Assembly (NCBI RefSeq): GCF_000400465.1
Contig: NW_008806283.1
Location: 144,001 to 268,000 of the forward strand
Reading direction: 5' to 3'
Length of the DNA stretch: 124,000 nucleotides
Source of the DNA: Wallemia ichthyophaga EXF-994
Taxonomy: Eukaryota; Fungi; Basidiomycota
The translations under genes and the position numbers were made by a program. Below the pieces are notes generated by a model. The model ran no database searches and was not told the origin of the DNA. It saw only the letters and a list, made by a program, of their open reading frames with translations. This document shows, piece by piece, positions 100,633-113,647 of the stretch (positions are counted from its first letter, which is position 1; every line of letters starts with the position of its first letter).

Positions 100633-103040
100633 ATGTCTTCTCAAGAGACTTCATCGCTGCTTGCGTGGATAAACAGCTACGAGGATGTGCTGGATGGGAA
100701 TTCTGTGACTGAGATAACACAACTATCCGATGGACTTGTTCTTTCTAGGATTCTCAACAAAGTGTTAGTGGTGATGTCACAGCGTGTGTCCTCTAACGAG
100801 AAATGCAGTGACCCAGAAGCATTCCCTGCGCCGCAGAAGAAGGAAACAGACAGCACGTTCACTACAAAATTACAATCACTCACTCGCTTACAAGCCAGCT
100901 TGACTTGTCTTCTCCCAAACCTCCCACCGCTCAACCTAAGTGTAATTGCTTCAACTGCGGCTGAGAATGAGGTTGTCCAGCTCGTGAAGCATGCTCTCAT
101001 TGCCGCCGTTAAAGGCGCTGGTGGACCTTCTGTAGTTCAAGGCATAGGTCAGCTCGGTGAGGATGTCGGTGCGGGGCTGATGCTTGCAATCACCCCAGTC
101101 ATGACTAGACTCGATGAGCCTACTGTCGACAATTCGGACTATTACGCACTTCTCTCCACCCACACCGCACTGACCCACGATAAGAAGTCGATCGAGACTG
101201 CGTACAAGCAACTGCTAGACGATATGCGTTCTTTGCGAGCAGAGCATGACGATACCATCGCTGAGCTTGCTGGACTGCGCGATGAAGCTGTGGATCACCA
101301 ACCGTCTCCGATCTCAAGCCGCGCTGAAGAGTCCCTTCGCAATGAGCTGGTCAGAGTCAAAGACGAGCTGCAGAGGTCGGAAGACTCCCTCGCTGAGTCT
101401 GAGGCGACTAGCGAGCGTCACACTTTGACTATCAGAGATCTGCATAGAAAGATGGACGATCTCTCAGCGAAAGCTGCCGAGACATCTACACTGCGTGACC
101501 AGCTGGAAGAGAACAAACACGCAGCGGCGCAATTGCAGAAAACGGAAAATGTCATCGAAAAGTACAAACAGAAGCTGGAGGAGTCGGCCAGCCTCCGTAG
101601 ACAGTTCAAATCGCTCGAGGACCAGAACGCCAGACTTGTGGATGTCAACGCGTCGCTCGAAGCCAACGCTAAGCAACTCAACGCGACAAAAAGCCTCGCT
101701 GATAACTACAAGACCCAGTTTGTCGATCTCGAGAATAGACATGCGCAGCGCATGAAAGAACATCAACATCTGTCACATGAGCTCACGCAATTGAGATTAT
101801 CGCACAGCGCTCTCGAGGAGGAGAAATTGAGGGCGTCGGAGCATGTCTATCTGCTAGAAGAGAAGTTGAAGGAAATGGAGGTGGATAAAACACACGCTGA
101901 TACACACGAAATACTATCCAAACAGACTCAACATTCTCATGAAAAGAATAGCGATGACTTGGAGCTGGAGTTGAGCGACAATTCGACAACAGATCTCAAA
102001 CTCCAAGTAAGAAGGCTGGTTAAGGAGTTGGAGTCGGTGAGGAGCGACAAAGGGACCGACCCTGATAGGGCTCTTGTGCTCGAGAATGTACTTGCAGATA
102101 CCCAGAAGATGAAGGAGCGCTACGAGGCTGACTGGATGAGCGAACTCACTGAGAAGCTTGATCTGCAGAGAAAAATGGACGAAATCAGGAGGGGTATGGA
102201 TGAAGGGTCGGGTGATGGGTGAGTGTGCGCACCACCGCAGTGCAGTCTAACACTCCAAATAGCCCTGAAGTCGTCACAGCACTGCGACAACGCTTGAACG
102301 AGTCGACGGATCAACTCGACAGGATTAAGAGTAGCTTCGCGGAGCTGCAATCAGTGCATAATGGAGTTACTGAGGAGCTGACTCGAGCTAAATCTGATAG
102401 TGAGCCAAGTGGACCTAACGCGTGTCTCGCTTACCAACCCCGCAGTGACACTCGTTTCCAAGGACCAGATAGACATACTAAACTCGCTGAGGCAGAGTGT
102501 AGATGAAGACAAGCTAGAGATGGGCAAAGAGAACGACAGTCTGAAAGAGACAGTGAGGCGGATGGAGCAGCACGAGAAGGAGACGCTCGAGAAGATGAAT
102601 AGGATGTTGATGGAGAGGGTAGATGAAGGTTCATTAGGGTGAGTGTGACCAGCTACACACGCAAAAAAGCGCTCCTAACCACTAACACCAAGTGCACACA
102701 ACCGCGGCATGACCGAGAGCGACAAGGACTACATGTCGTCGCTGATGGGCGATCTGCACAAACCTCACAGCAGAGAGACGGAGTTGAGCGAGCGGGTTAA
102801 CAAAGCAGAGTCGCAAGTCCACGCACTCACTCTCGCCATGGACGACATGAAGAAGAGACACCTCAAACGTCGCCAAGAAATGTTCCTGAACCACAGCAAA
102901 GTGGCGAGCATGATGGACGACGAACCCGCGAGCGACAGACCACCACAAAAGCACTCGTGGTTGGGTATGCAGAGAGCGAATGTGAGTTTTGAATTTGTAC
103001 AAGAAAACTCAAAATGACTAATGCTGTGCAATCCAGCTCG
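100633..103040 (+). CDS. Hook family dynein/endosome adaptor (Hok1/HookA)
   Basis: N-terminal CH-like LSDGLVLSRIL, long coiled coil, C-terminal RRQEMFL...SWLGMQR; several introns. Confidence 0.85.
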
Positions 103041-103920
103041 ATGGTTCTCTCTCACCGTAATAACATTATCACTATATCGTTACAATACCACCTGCATAAA
103101 TTTGTGTAGTATCATTAAATTGTCTCATATACCTGAATGTCTGGGTCTGTCGAGTGTTTGGGGTGTTTGAGGTGTTGGAAATTGTGAAAATCTTCATCCT
103201 TCACGCTTCATATTCGTAAGAAGTCTGTACAGCTTTGCAGTGCCCAGCTAGCAGCACTTTCAGGAGATTTGGACGTGTTGTAAGAGCTTAAAAGCGGTTT
103301 AATGCTCAACAGTAGCAAGTATCAACTCCATACAGACTACATACACACCACACAACTGAAATACTCAATCGCAATCAACGCAACCATCGCAATGCTCGTA
103401 CTCGTCGTCACTGCATACTTCGCAGAAGCAGCCCCACTGTCGATATTGTCGACCAACCGTCAGATGGAGTAGCGCGGCTATCACGGTATGAGGAATGTGA
103501 GTGGTGTCCTGGCTAACGATGCACGCAATTTTGACAAGAGTGACGGAAAGAAGGATGGCTACGTTGATCACAACAAGCTTCATCGGTAAGGGTAGGAAGG
103601 ATGATGTTGATGATGGGGCGGATGGCGGCAACAAAGCGAGGCCTGTGCCACAGAAGCAGCAGACCGATAGCAAGAAGGGCGGCAACGACGACGCCAAAAT
103701 GAGAAAAAACTGTATGTGAATGTCTTAGTTTGCGATGAGCGCTGCTAACATTTCACGCAGCGAAGCACGATAACAAGGACTACAAAACTCAAGGCAGCAA
103801 GAAGCGCGACTGATGTGAAGACTTTGACAGTCACTGCTCGCCAGTCACATCCTCAGCCACTCAAATCAAATATGCTCGCTCACATCCACACGATACATAG
103901 ACAATTAAACTTGATAATCA

Positions 103921-105219
103921 TCACTTATTCTCAATACATGTTTTCATAGCGTCGATAATGAGCTTCTTGGTGGGCAGTTCTGTCTTAGTGTGTGCGAAAG
104001 CGAGGAGGGGCAATTTTCTCAGGAATCTACCACTGACGTCCTTCTTCTTGCAGAGAACAGCGATAGTGTTGAGAGAAGTGTTGTCGTCGATGAGGAGGTT
104101 TTTCTCAAACAACTCAGCCAGACAACTGCCCAAGATGACTTCTATAGCTTTAGTGGAGGGGTTGCCGATATACTGCTGAATGTCAGCTCTATCAACAAAA
104201 GCGTCATCAATAGCAGCTGTGATGTTAGAGGTAGCTATGATGAGAACGTTTTTCCTTTGTTTAAGTTTGTCTATCTGGGTGAGCAGGGCGTTGACGACTC
104301 TGATAGCGTCACTAGGTTCGTTACCGTTGACCGCAGCTTGGCGGGCGCCCGTAAGCGACTCGACTTCATCGATGAGCAGGGTGACAAAGACAGCGTCGTC
104401 GTCGCACAGCCTGTTGATCATCTCGAACAGCGCGTGCACGAGTTTTCCCGACTCGGAGAACCACTTGGAGAAGAGGGAGTGGGCGTTGATCTCGACGAGT
104501 CGACCTGATACATAGAGCGTGTTGAGACGTATGCTCAGTTTATGCGCAAGGGCCTGCGCCAGACTCGTCTTGCCCGTACCAGGTGGACCGTGTAGCAGAA
104601 CTATCCGGTTCCACGCAATAACTCGCGGATCAATATCGTGTGCTGAGAAACGTAGCGTTGTGTTGATGTATTGCAGCAGATTGTGCTTGATCGCCTCGTC
104701 ATACACCAGCGTATCCCACAGCCCGTCTGTCGCAGTACTGGGCAAGTCAAGGACGGAAGCTGCTTTCTCGGTGGAGAGTTGGTCGTTGTCGTGCTCATGC
104801 TCATCGTCCTCGGTTAAGTGGTGCAGATCGAGTGCGGTATCGCTATAGAGCTGGTATGCGTGTGCTTGGAAGTGAGTGTGTGGGTTTGTGTGGGTGAGTG
104901 TGTGTGTATCGTCTGTGAACCTCACCAACTCAATCTGGGTGCGTAATTCGTTGTTTAAATGTTGCAATAAGTGGGTGGATAACTGGCTGGTATTTCCGCC
105001 GCTACTTGTATCAGTGAATTTGTGTACGCTCGGTATTTCCACAGCCACTTGAAACATTCCTAACCCGCGACAAACCGCATCAGCCGCCTCGGTGAAGTCT
105101 ACGTCAGCTTCTGGCGTAAGCTGCACCTCGACTGGAGTGAATATGGGAGTGAGTGTGCTATTAGACATTCTAAACAAACTCACCGTGGCACAAGTCCATG
105201 TTGGTAGTCGTCTTGGCAC
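103921..105219 (-). CDS. PCH2: Pachytene checkpoint AAA+ ATPase Pch2/TRIP13
   Basis: WNRIVLLHGPPGTGKTSL, EINAHSLFSKWFSESGKLV, IDEVESL, AIRVVNALLTQID, SGRFLRKLP. Confidence 0.95.
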   Translation of the reverse strand: MPRRLPTWTCATVSLFRMSNSTLTPIFTPVEVQLTPEADVDFTEAADAVCRGLGMFQVAVEIPSVHKFTDTSSGGNTSQLSTHLLQHLNNELRTQIELVRFTDDTHTLTHTNPHTHFQAHAYQLYSDTALDLHHLTEDDEHEHDNDQLSTEKAASVLDLPSTATDGLWDTLVYDEAIKHNLLQYINTTLRFSAHDIDPRVIAWNRIVLLHGPPGTGKTSLAQALAHKLSIRLNTLYVSGRLVEINAHSLFSKWFSESGKLVHALFEMINRLCDDDAVFVTLLIDEVESLTGARQAAVNGNEPSDAIRVVNALLTQIDKLKQRKNVLIIATSNITAAIDDAFVDRADIQQYIGNPSTKAIEVILGSCLAELFEKNLLIDDNTSLNTIAVLCKKKDVSGRFLRKLPLLAFAHTKTELPTKKLIIDAMKTCIENK

Positions 105220-105602
105220 TCGAATTGGATGGTGACATCTTCTTCACAACCAGTGTAGGCAAATGTAGGCGAATGTCGGATGTTATAGACACTTATTTGA
105301 CATGTATTTGCGCGGGATTGTTTACAGGCCAAGCATTCTCACCACTGTGATGAAAATATAGTCACATAAACACATATTATCACATATTATCAAATATAGA
105401 CAGCTGAAAATTGGTATCAAACATCGAGTATAACGAGTAGTGTAGGTGGGCGAGTAATTATTTATCATCTTATTGATTTTTATTTAAGAATGTTAAAATA
105501 GATCAAACGTCATCACATCTGAAGGAGGGCTGGGTTATTCATACGTTGTTGAATCAGCGAATATCGCAGCACTCATCTCGAAACACTCAAAAAGTAGAAA
105601 AA

Positions 105603-106669
105603 ATGACACTTAACCTACAAAATACATATCAAGGAGCTAGCTTCTTTGATAATTGGGTTTACAACTACTCAGCTATCGATAATACAACACAAGGGAATGT
105701 ACACTACCTCGACAAACCAAACGCAGAGAAGCAAAACTTGACCTATGTTAATGACGCAGGTAATGCTATTATGCGCGTCGACAACTTCACAGATGGCAGT
105801 GACGATCCCTCCTTCGGACGTAATAGCGTGAAGCTGGTCAGTAAAGATGCATTCGATATTGGAAGCATGGTGGTTATGGATGCATCACACCTCCCATACG
105901 GTGAAAGCGTGTGAGTGGGAGTTTTTATAGGAAATGTTTCAGTTTGCTAAAATGAGAAAAACAGCTGGGGAGCATTCTGGACACTAAACAATCTCTCAAA
106001 GCAAGATGACGACGGGGAGATTGATATCTTTGAAGGCGTTAATGGACAGGAGAGTAATAGGGTTGCGTTGCACACGCGCGAGGGATGCACCCAGTCTAAC
106101 ACCACTGACGTTGACTACACTGGCCAAGTAATGAGCACAGACTGTTACTACCGCAAGAATGGAAATGAAGGCTGCTCTTACGAATCAAAGGATAACAGGT
106201 CTTACGGTAAGCAGTTCGCGGATAATGACGGCGGTGTTATGGCTATGAGTTGGGATGGTAAGGGTATTCAAATGTGGTTTTGGAGCAGAGCAGAAATACC
106301 AGAAAGCATTAAGAACGACTACCAGATCCACATAATGGTGATTTAGGAAGTCCTATGGCGTATTATCCAGCTAGCAGCTGTAATCCAAGGGAATACTTCG
106401 AGGAACAGAATTTAGTGATGGATATTACACTCTGTGGACTTTGGGCGGGTGAGACGTATAACGCCAACCACGACGACAAGTGTGCATCATTAGTGCCAGA
106501 TCCATCAAACTACGATAACGCGTATTTCGAGATACGTAGCGTGAAGACGTTTAGTGGTGGAATTACAGAGGTGGAAGGCGCACAAGATGGGGGAAGCGAG
106601 GGAAATAAGAGTGGTATATCCCATCTACTCCTACTCGCGCTTTCTGGCTTGATTTATTTTGTATTTTAA
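105603..106669 (+). CDS. GH16 glucanase/transglycosylase with C-terminal hydrophobic tail
   Basis: YQGASFFDNW, GEIDIFEG catalytic motif, DITLCG.WAG; two introns. Confidence 0.88.
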
Positions 106670-106727
106670 AATAAATAACTAAATTCATTCTTGATTGGTC
106701 ACCGTCATCTAGTCTGTTACGCGTGAA

Positions 106728-108212
106728 ATGGATTCCAATTGGAGATTTGCACAGTGCTTTGGGGATAAGGTGGGCATTATAAAAATGCAAGTGGATCCAT
106801 GTTTATATTTCGCAGGGAGACGTGGAGGAAGTTACAGAGGGTTCGTTGTTGTAGGCGTACACACCGACACCGACTGATTCCCCTACAGCAGATATAATAT
106901 CCACAGTGGAATTCGACCAGACAGGCGACTACCTCGCAACGGGCGACAAGGGTGGCCGCGTTGTTCTCTTTGAAAGGAATGAATCTGTGGGTTGGGTGCT
107001 CTGGCATTCCAATCACTCTAATCGCTATATTCACAGAAAAAAGGCTGCGAGTACAAATTTCATACTGAATTTCAATCCCACGAACCAGAATTTGATTATT
107101 TGAAGTCTTTGGAGATTGAGGAGAAGATTAACAAGATTAACTGGTGCAAGAGGCAGAATAATAGCCACTTCCTCTTATCCACAAATGACAAAACTATCAA
107201 GCTTTGGAAGGTATTTGAAAAATCACTCAAGGTTGTCTCAGAGAACAACCTCAGCGCCAGTCACCCTTCCCCACCCTCGTCTCTCAATCTCCCAAAGATC
107301 ACGCAGCCTCCTCATCCATCCACCACCAAGTCCCTCAGGCTACCGAGAATGTCTCATCATGACACCATCGTCGCTGCTGTTCCCCGCAAAGTCTACGCTA
107401 ATGCACACGCTTATCATATAAACTCTATCGCAATAAACAGTGACGGGGAATCTTACTTATCCGCCGACGACCTCAGAATCAACCTATGGAACTTGGGTAT
107501 CTCTGATCAGTCTTTTAACATAGTCGACATCAAACCAAACAGCATGGAAGATTTAACTGAGGTTATAACTGCTGCTGACTTCCACCCGATCCACTGCAAT
107601 CTCTTCATGTACTCTTCTAGCAAGGGTACTATCAAATTGGCCGACATGAGAGATCAGGCTTTGTGCGACCGACATGCAAAGTTGTATGAGGAGGAAGAGG
107701 ATCCTTCAAACAAATCCTTCTTCTCAGAAATAATCTCTTCCATATCTGATGTCAAGTTTTCTAAAGATGGCAGGTATATTCTCTCTAGGGATTACCTTAC
107801 ACTAAAAATATGGGATCTCAAAATGGATAACAAGCCAGTCAAAACAATCAATATCCACGACCATCTCCGCACAAAGTTATGTGAACTTTACGAAAATGAT
107901 TGCATCTTCGACAAGTTTGAGTGTACATTCTCAGGCGACGGTAATCAAGTTATGACAGGCTCTTACGACAACTACTTCCACATCTATAACAGCGATCCTG
108001 ACAACACCAACGACGTAGTCTTACAAGCAGACAAGTCTGCATTCAAGGCAAAGAAAATAGGCGCAAAGTCGTTTAATAAGAAGGATGATATCAATCTCGA
108101 CAACATCGATTTCAACAAGAAGATTCTACACGGTTCTTGGCATCCACATGAAGATACTATCGCAATCGGCGCAACTAACAACCTATTCCTATTCTCTCGA
108201 TTGTCTAGTTAG
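106728..108212 (+). CDS. CDC55: PP2A regulatory subunit B55
   Basis: [54 protein letters not shown]. Confidence 0.97.
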
Positions 108213-108336
108213 CTGGGAGTGGATAGTGATCACAAATGTAACATTATACAATATAATGCACACGATTTCTTTATTAGTGAAAATTCATTATTTATAAAGT
108301 TTATATACATTATTGTACATGATTATACATGATTAT

Positions 108337-108480
108337 ACATGTCCGCCTCCTGATTACGTCTAATGCGACAGATTCACATAAACTTTGCCCAGTTGGCCAA
108401 ATACTATAGCTTTTCGATGTAAAAGGAATCCTACACGCTTTACCACTGAGCATAAAGGTGTAGCTGTCAAAAGCCATGGA
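108337..108480 (-). ncRNA. Probable box H/ACA snoRNA
   Basis: Minus strand: hairpin (CTACAC..GTGTAG), H box ATAGTA, second hairpin, ACA three nt from the 3' end; pocket strands complementary to conserved rRNA (GGAAUC..CUGUC; UGAUUACG..UGCCC). Confidence 0.6.
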
Positions 108481-108625
108481 AGTTAAGATGAGGCATGTTG
108501 TGCCTTTTTATAGGTGTAAAAATTTAAAATGGCAAAAATTCTTATGTGAGTGAAAGGGGAAATGATTTATTACGTAGGCAGAATTGGGACTCTGCTAAGC
108601 CCTTTCGTGACTTTTATACCTGGTA

Positions 108626-110438
108626 TTGCACTCACAAATCCCCAATAACGACTTTTCCATTTCTTCCATCGATGACATCATGCTGCAATCGCTGCAATCA
108701 GCGCTGAGGGGAGAAGACAAGATAAAGTGTTTCTTTTGCGGAGCAAGTGCACCACGGCGGGTAAATCACAGCAATACACCACACGCACACGCAATCTCAT
108801 TCACATGCGCCTCGTGCCACCAACACAACGCTTACGGGGAGGACGGGGAGGTCCAGGATGTATACGCGCCCGTGACAGCCGCCACGCAGCACCAGCTGCG
108901 CTACCGCGGTCGAGGGCGTGGTGTGACGGCGGATGCACACACACATGCGCACACAAACGGAGAGAGAGAGAGCGACAGCCCCCTCTGTCGTACGTGCACG
109001 ACTAACCAGACACTCGTGCACACTCTCCTCACTAACAACCAGGACGAGTGCGACGGCGATGCGCAGCTACAGCGGTATAGGCACGCGCTTGAGACCCGTT
109101 ATCCCCCGCTTTGCTCTCCTTGTAAGGCCATGGTCGATGAGATCATCCAACAGCGCGATTATAAGGCTAAATCGGCTGCTTTGGGTGGACTGCTCGCGCG
109201 TAGTCGCGGGAGTGGTAGTAGCGGTCGGAATAGCAATAACAATAGCAATAACAATAACAATAACAATAACAATAACAATAACAATAACAATAACAATAGC
109301 ACTAGCAATAACAATAGCCTCAAACACTCACGCTCCCACTCCCCCGTCGGACGTTACTCGTATCTTGTGTGGTGTCTGCGCGGTGCGGCGTGGGTGTTGA
109401 ACAATGCACTGTATTGGCGCTTGCACTGGTGTGCTTATAAGCACTGGTATGTGTGTGGGTATGGACATGCACAAGATACACTACCGCTCTCACTCCCCCT
109501 CACTCACCCCCTCGCTATCCCACTCACGCTACTGTTCGCGTGCTGGGACCCGTCGTGGGGGCGAGCGCAGAAGCGGCGACGGCGCAGCGGGTGGGTCGTA
109601 GTGCGTGGGCGGGCGATGTGGATACGCGTGCAGCTGCTCGTCTGGCTCGAGCGGGCATGTCTAGTGCTCGCACTGGCGCTGGGCCTGCAGGTTAGGAGTG
109701 AGAGTGGGGTGTCACAAGTATCGCTCAGGCAAACTAAACACCTCACTCTCCCTTTCGCCCCACTCACCCTGCTACTTTTCGAAGTCGTCGTCCAGGCTTT
109801 CGCCCTCTCGCGTATCAGCGTCGTCGGGATGCGCCAACTTAACCTGTCGTCGACGGTTGGGCGGGGAGGGAGTGAATATGCTGGAGTGGCTGCAAGCAGT
109901 ACAAAAGATACTCCGTCTACTCAGCCTACAGACGCAGCAGCAGCAGCAGATAATCTCCACCATGCCCTCACCTTGGGCAACTTGGGCACCGCGGATATGG
110001 ACACGCTCAAGTCGCAGAAGTTGCCTGTGTTTGTGGGTCATGCGCTATATTGGTGTAGCTCACCTCAATAACTTTCATTAGGGCGAGGCATCACTCCGGC
110101 CGAGGGATGAGCGTGGAGAAGGGGAAACAGAGGGAAAACAAGATAAAACAATGGATAATGATGAAATGGAATGGATACCCGAAATAGAAAGCACTAGAGA
110201 GAGTCGTCAGCACCCTCGTTATAATCACGCGCTCAAACCACAGCGGTTCTTTGCACCACAGGATAAACAGCGCACGGGATTGGAAGGGCCATTGAGTAGT
110301 GTGAGCCTGGGTGGTATGAGTGATGTTAACAGGGGTGCTGATAGGGAGAAGAACGGGATGAAGATGGGAGTCGTGGTGGGCGTGTTGTTTGGTATAATAC
110401 TGGTACTACTCGCAGCTGTGTTTGCTTATAGTAAATAA
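108626..110438 (+). CDS. Inner nuclear membrane protein Ima1/Samp1 (TMEM201 family)
   Basis: CFFCG, FTCASCHQHN, LCRTCTTNQTL, YPPLCSPC zinc-finger N-terminus; TM segments; last exon 110151-110438 with FFAPQ..TGLE. Confidence 0.85.
109222..109315 (+). repeat. (AATAAC)n repeat encoding poly-Asn in Ima1
   Basis: Read directly from sequence. Confidence 0.9.
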
Positions 110439-110966
110439 TAAATGAATTAATTTTTTCTTTTAAATTTTCACAGGTATAAATAACACGCGTCTGACATCTG
110501 AACAACTTGATCAAAAACCATCGATGGACATTATGCCACGATTATTGGGATCAAAGGTTTCCCGGTAATTGCCACGTCCGTTCGTAGATAAACAACCAAC
110601 TTTAAAAGAATCGTGCAGCTGCGTGTCCTTTGGCATGAGTAGGTGTGTGAGCCGAGAGTTGGTGACATTAAAATACTTGAAAGAAGCTTCAAATATGCTA
110701 GGGTAAGTGCATTGCATTCTCCTTTGATGCCCAGCACATGAAGTAATATTGTGATGACAAGAATAAAAAAAACTGATTTAATGAATGCGAGTAATTTAAT
110801 ACTTTGAGCTCAATAATTCTACGTCTGATAATTATTTAATGGCTGGGCAGGAGATAGACAAAGAGATTTATCTGACTTGGGTTGCAGATGTAGAGCTTAT
110901 AAAAGACGAAAATTTTGTAAAGATAGATATTACTATGATATACAGACATCTTGATAACTACCACGA

Positions 110967-113603
110967 ATGTCCCGCCCATGGCCTCATTTACCTGTGAAAT
111001 TAGAAGCCAAGGAGGAGCCGGTGGAAAGCGCAGTTGTGGAAGAGAATGTTAACGCAGGACAGAACACAGGCACAGATTGTGAACTATGGCCACAAAACTC
111101 AACACAATCGACTAAACAAGCCATTGAGCAGAAATTAAGGGAAAGAATGGTTAAGGAGAATAAACTTATTTCACATACCCTTAGACGTCCTGATGGTATC
111201 GCTGTGGATTGGAGATATAAACAGATGGCTTTCGGTGACGGTGGTGTCATTGATTTGAGTGGCGGTGATAGCGGTGAAGAGCAGTCAATTGAGCAGCCAA
111301 TTGAACAGCCAATTGAACAGCCAATTGAACAAACAGTTGAGCAACCAACAGAGCAATCAACAGAGCAATCAACAGATCAGCCACACACTCTCACACCCAC
111401 TCAGCTCTCCCCTCACCAAGTTCACCAGGTCACTCAAGCTATCAAATACGCACAATTGCCAAATCTATCCACTAGTAACGATGATCACGTTTACAATAAT
111501 CCTAATCATAGTGTAATTGGCCCTGAAAACACTTCAAACACCGCTAGCACTTCATTTCCCACCTCACCAACTTACCCATCGAATCCAGCTAACTTTAGAC
111601 ATTCCACTTTCCAATCGGGTGAATTGGATCGTTCAAGCAGCTCTAATAATACCAACTACCGCAACAACTCCAACAACTCCCCTCAACAAAACCACACGCC
111701 TTTCCTCCCACAGCGTCCAGAGCTGCCAATCCACACTCGCCGCGCGGCGAAACCGATCAAAGTACCAACGAATCCCACTCCTCGGGCAAATAGCTATGCA
111801 GGGAATGGGAATACCAAGACAAACAGAAACACACACCCTGCACCTGCTGAACCTGCTGCACTTGCTCACAGACAGCCCTACACTGCCTTACCTCCTATCG
111901 CACCCAAGGGTCTAACCATTAATAGACAACCGCGCAGCCCCTCACCCCCTCTACCCAACGAAACTCCTTCGAAGCAATACGAGCTGCATATGATGGATAA
112001 AAGTAGGCGCGAAAACAACCATCTGCACAGCTTTCGCTCTGATAGGCAGAAAGAGTCACTCGATAGGACACACGATCAGCGCAAACGTATGCAGGATAGG
112101 GTTTGCGAGAAGGATAGGGAGAAAGACAAGGAGAAAGACAAGGAGAGATACAGATTGATTTACCGCGACAGAGAAAGAGAGATTGAGAGGGAAAGAGAAC
112201 GCGACCGCGAGAAGAGAGACAAAGATCGCCATCTTGAACTAAAGAGAGTCAAAGAGAGAGAAGAATCGACACTGCGCAAAGAGGCGGAACTCGACAGGCT
112301 CCAGGCAGAAATGCGCAAGCGGATGCAAGAGAGGGAGGAGGAAGACAAGAAGCGGCGAGAGGAAGACAAAAAGCAACAGGAAGAGAATAGAAAAAGGGAG
112401 GAGGAGGAGAAAAGCCTACTGGAGCGGGTAAAGAATGACGCGATTAAGGCGGCGACAGCAGCACCAGTAACAACAGCAACGACAACAGTACCAACAACTA
112501 AACCAAAAAGTGCACCTGAAAGAATGCCCGAACGGGTACCAGAAAGAGAGCATTCCCTGAGCGCTTCAAGTGACGCAGACTCAGAACTTAATACTTCCAG
112601 CATAGAAGAGTACAACAGGATAGATCTCAGTCAACTCGAAAAGATACCGACCAATCAACCACAGTTAGTGGTTCATTTAGGTAAAATAGCTGTGGGTGTG
112701 TCGACAATATAATCCTAGCCAACTCAACTGATTAACAGGGTATAATGAATAGTTTGAGTACAATGAAGATACCACTACCGCCCACATTTTACGACACAGT
112801 GAGACGAGTGGGAGTGATTGACAGCCACACGGAAAAGGCGTGGCGTGAGCTTGTTTATGGGAGCAAAGAGGAGTATGAAAGCATAGATTTCAACCAACTC
112901 GAACAGATACCACGGGATAAAGCGCAGTTAGTGACAAGACTGGCTAAAATAGCAGTGAGTGGGGGTAAAACGAACATGGTCACGCAGCACACCAACTAAT
113001 CGCACTCGACAGGGTCATATAGATTACTTGGGACATATGCAACCACCCTACCCGGATGACCTAACCGATACGGTGAGACGGGTGGGAGTGATTGACTCGC
113101 ACACCGAGAAGGCGTTGCGAGATTGCGGCGTTGCTCGTAGGAGCACCAGCAGGGGCGATAGCAGACGTAGCACGTCGGTTGTCCCCATTCCCAGCGTGTC
113201 GAAGAGCAGCAAGAGCAAGAAGCGCACGAGTGACGAACGCGAGCGGAAGAAGGAGAGGAAGAAGGAGAAGGAGAAAGACAGGGAAAGAGAGGAGCGCGAG
113301 GAAAAAGAGAAGGAGAAAGACGATAAAGACAAAGAAGACATTCAACCACCACCCAAGAAAAAGAAGCGGAAGAGTGAAAGTGACAGGGCAAGCAGCAGCT
113401 CACGCAAAAACAAGGGATATGGGCTGGAAGCCATGAGCCAACAGTCCAAGGACAAGGACAAGGAGAAAACGCGCCAAGCGACGCCTGAAGAGCTCGACAT
113501 TAACGCTCTCAATAAGGGTATCAGTGGGAAAGCGCAGGGGGAGATCAACGAAGATGGTGACGATTGCCTGAGGCCGTTGATAGACAAAAAGCGTCGTCGT
113601 TAG
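110967..113603 (+). CDS. Orphan protein with charged coiled coil and a duplicated ~72 aa module, 3 exons
   Basis: Phase-0 introns after KIA at ~112692 and ~112953 join ORFs 110967..112712, 112745..112999 and 112959..113603 in frame. Confidence 0.7.
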
Positions 113604-113647
113604 TGAAAAATAGAGGAAAAAAAAGTTGTAACAGTACATGCATTAAT

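Noticed and set aside
110511-110737. Two overlapping 68 aa minus-strand ORFs between Ima1 and the orphan gene
   Set aside because: No motif, signal or supporting splice structure
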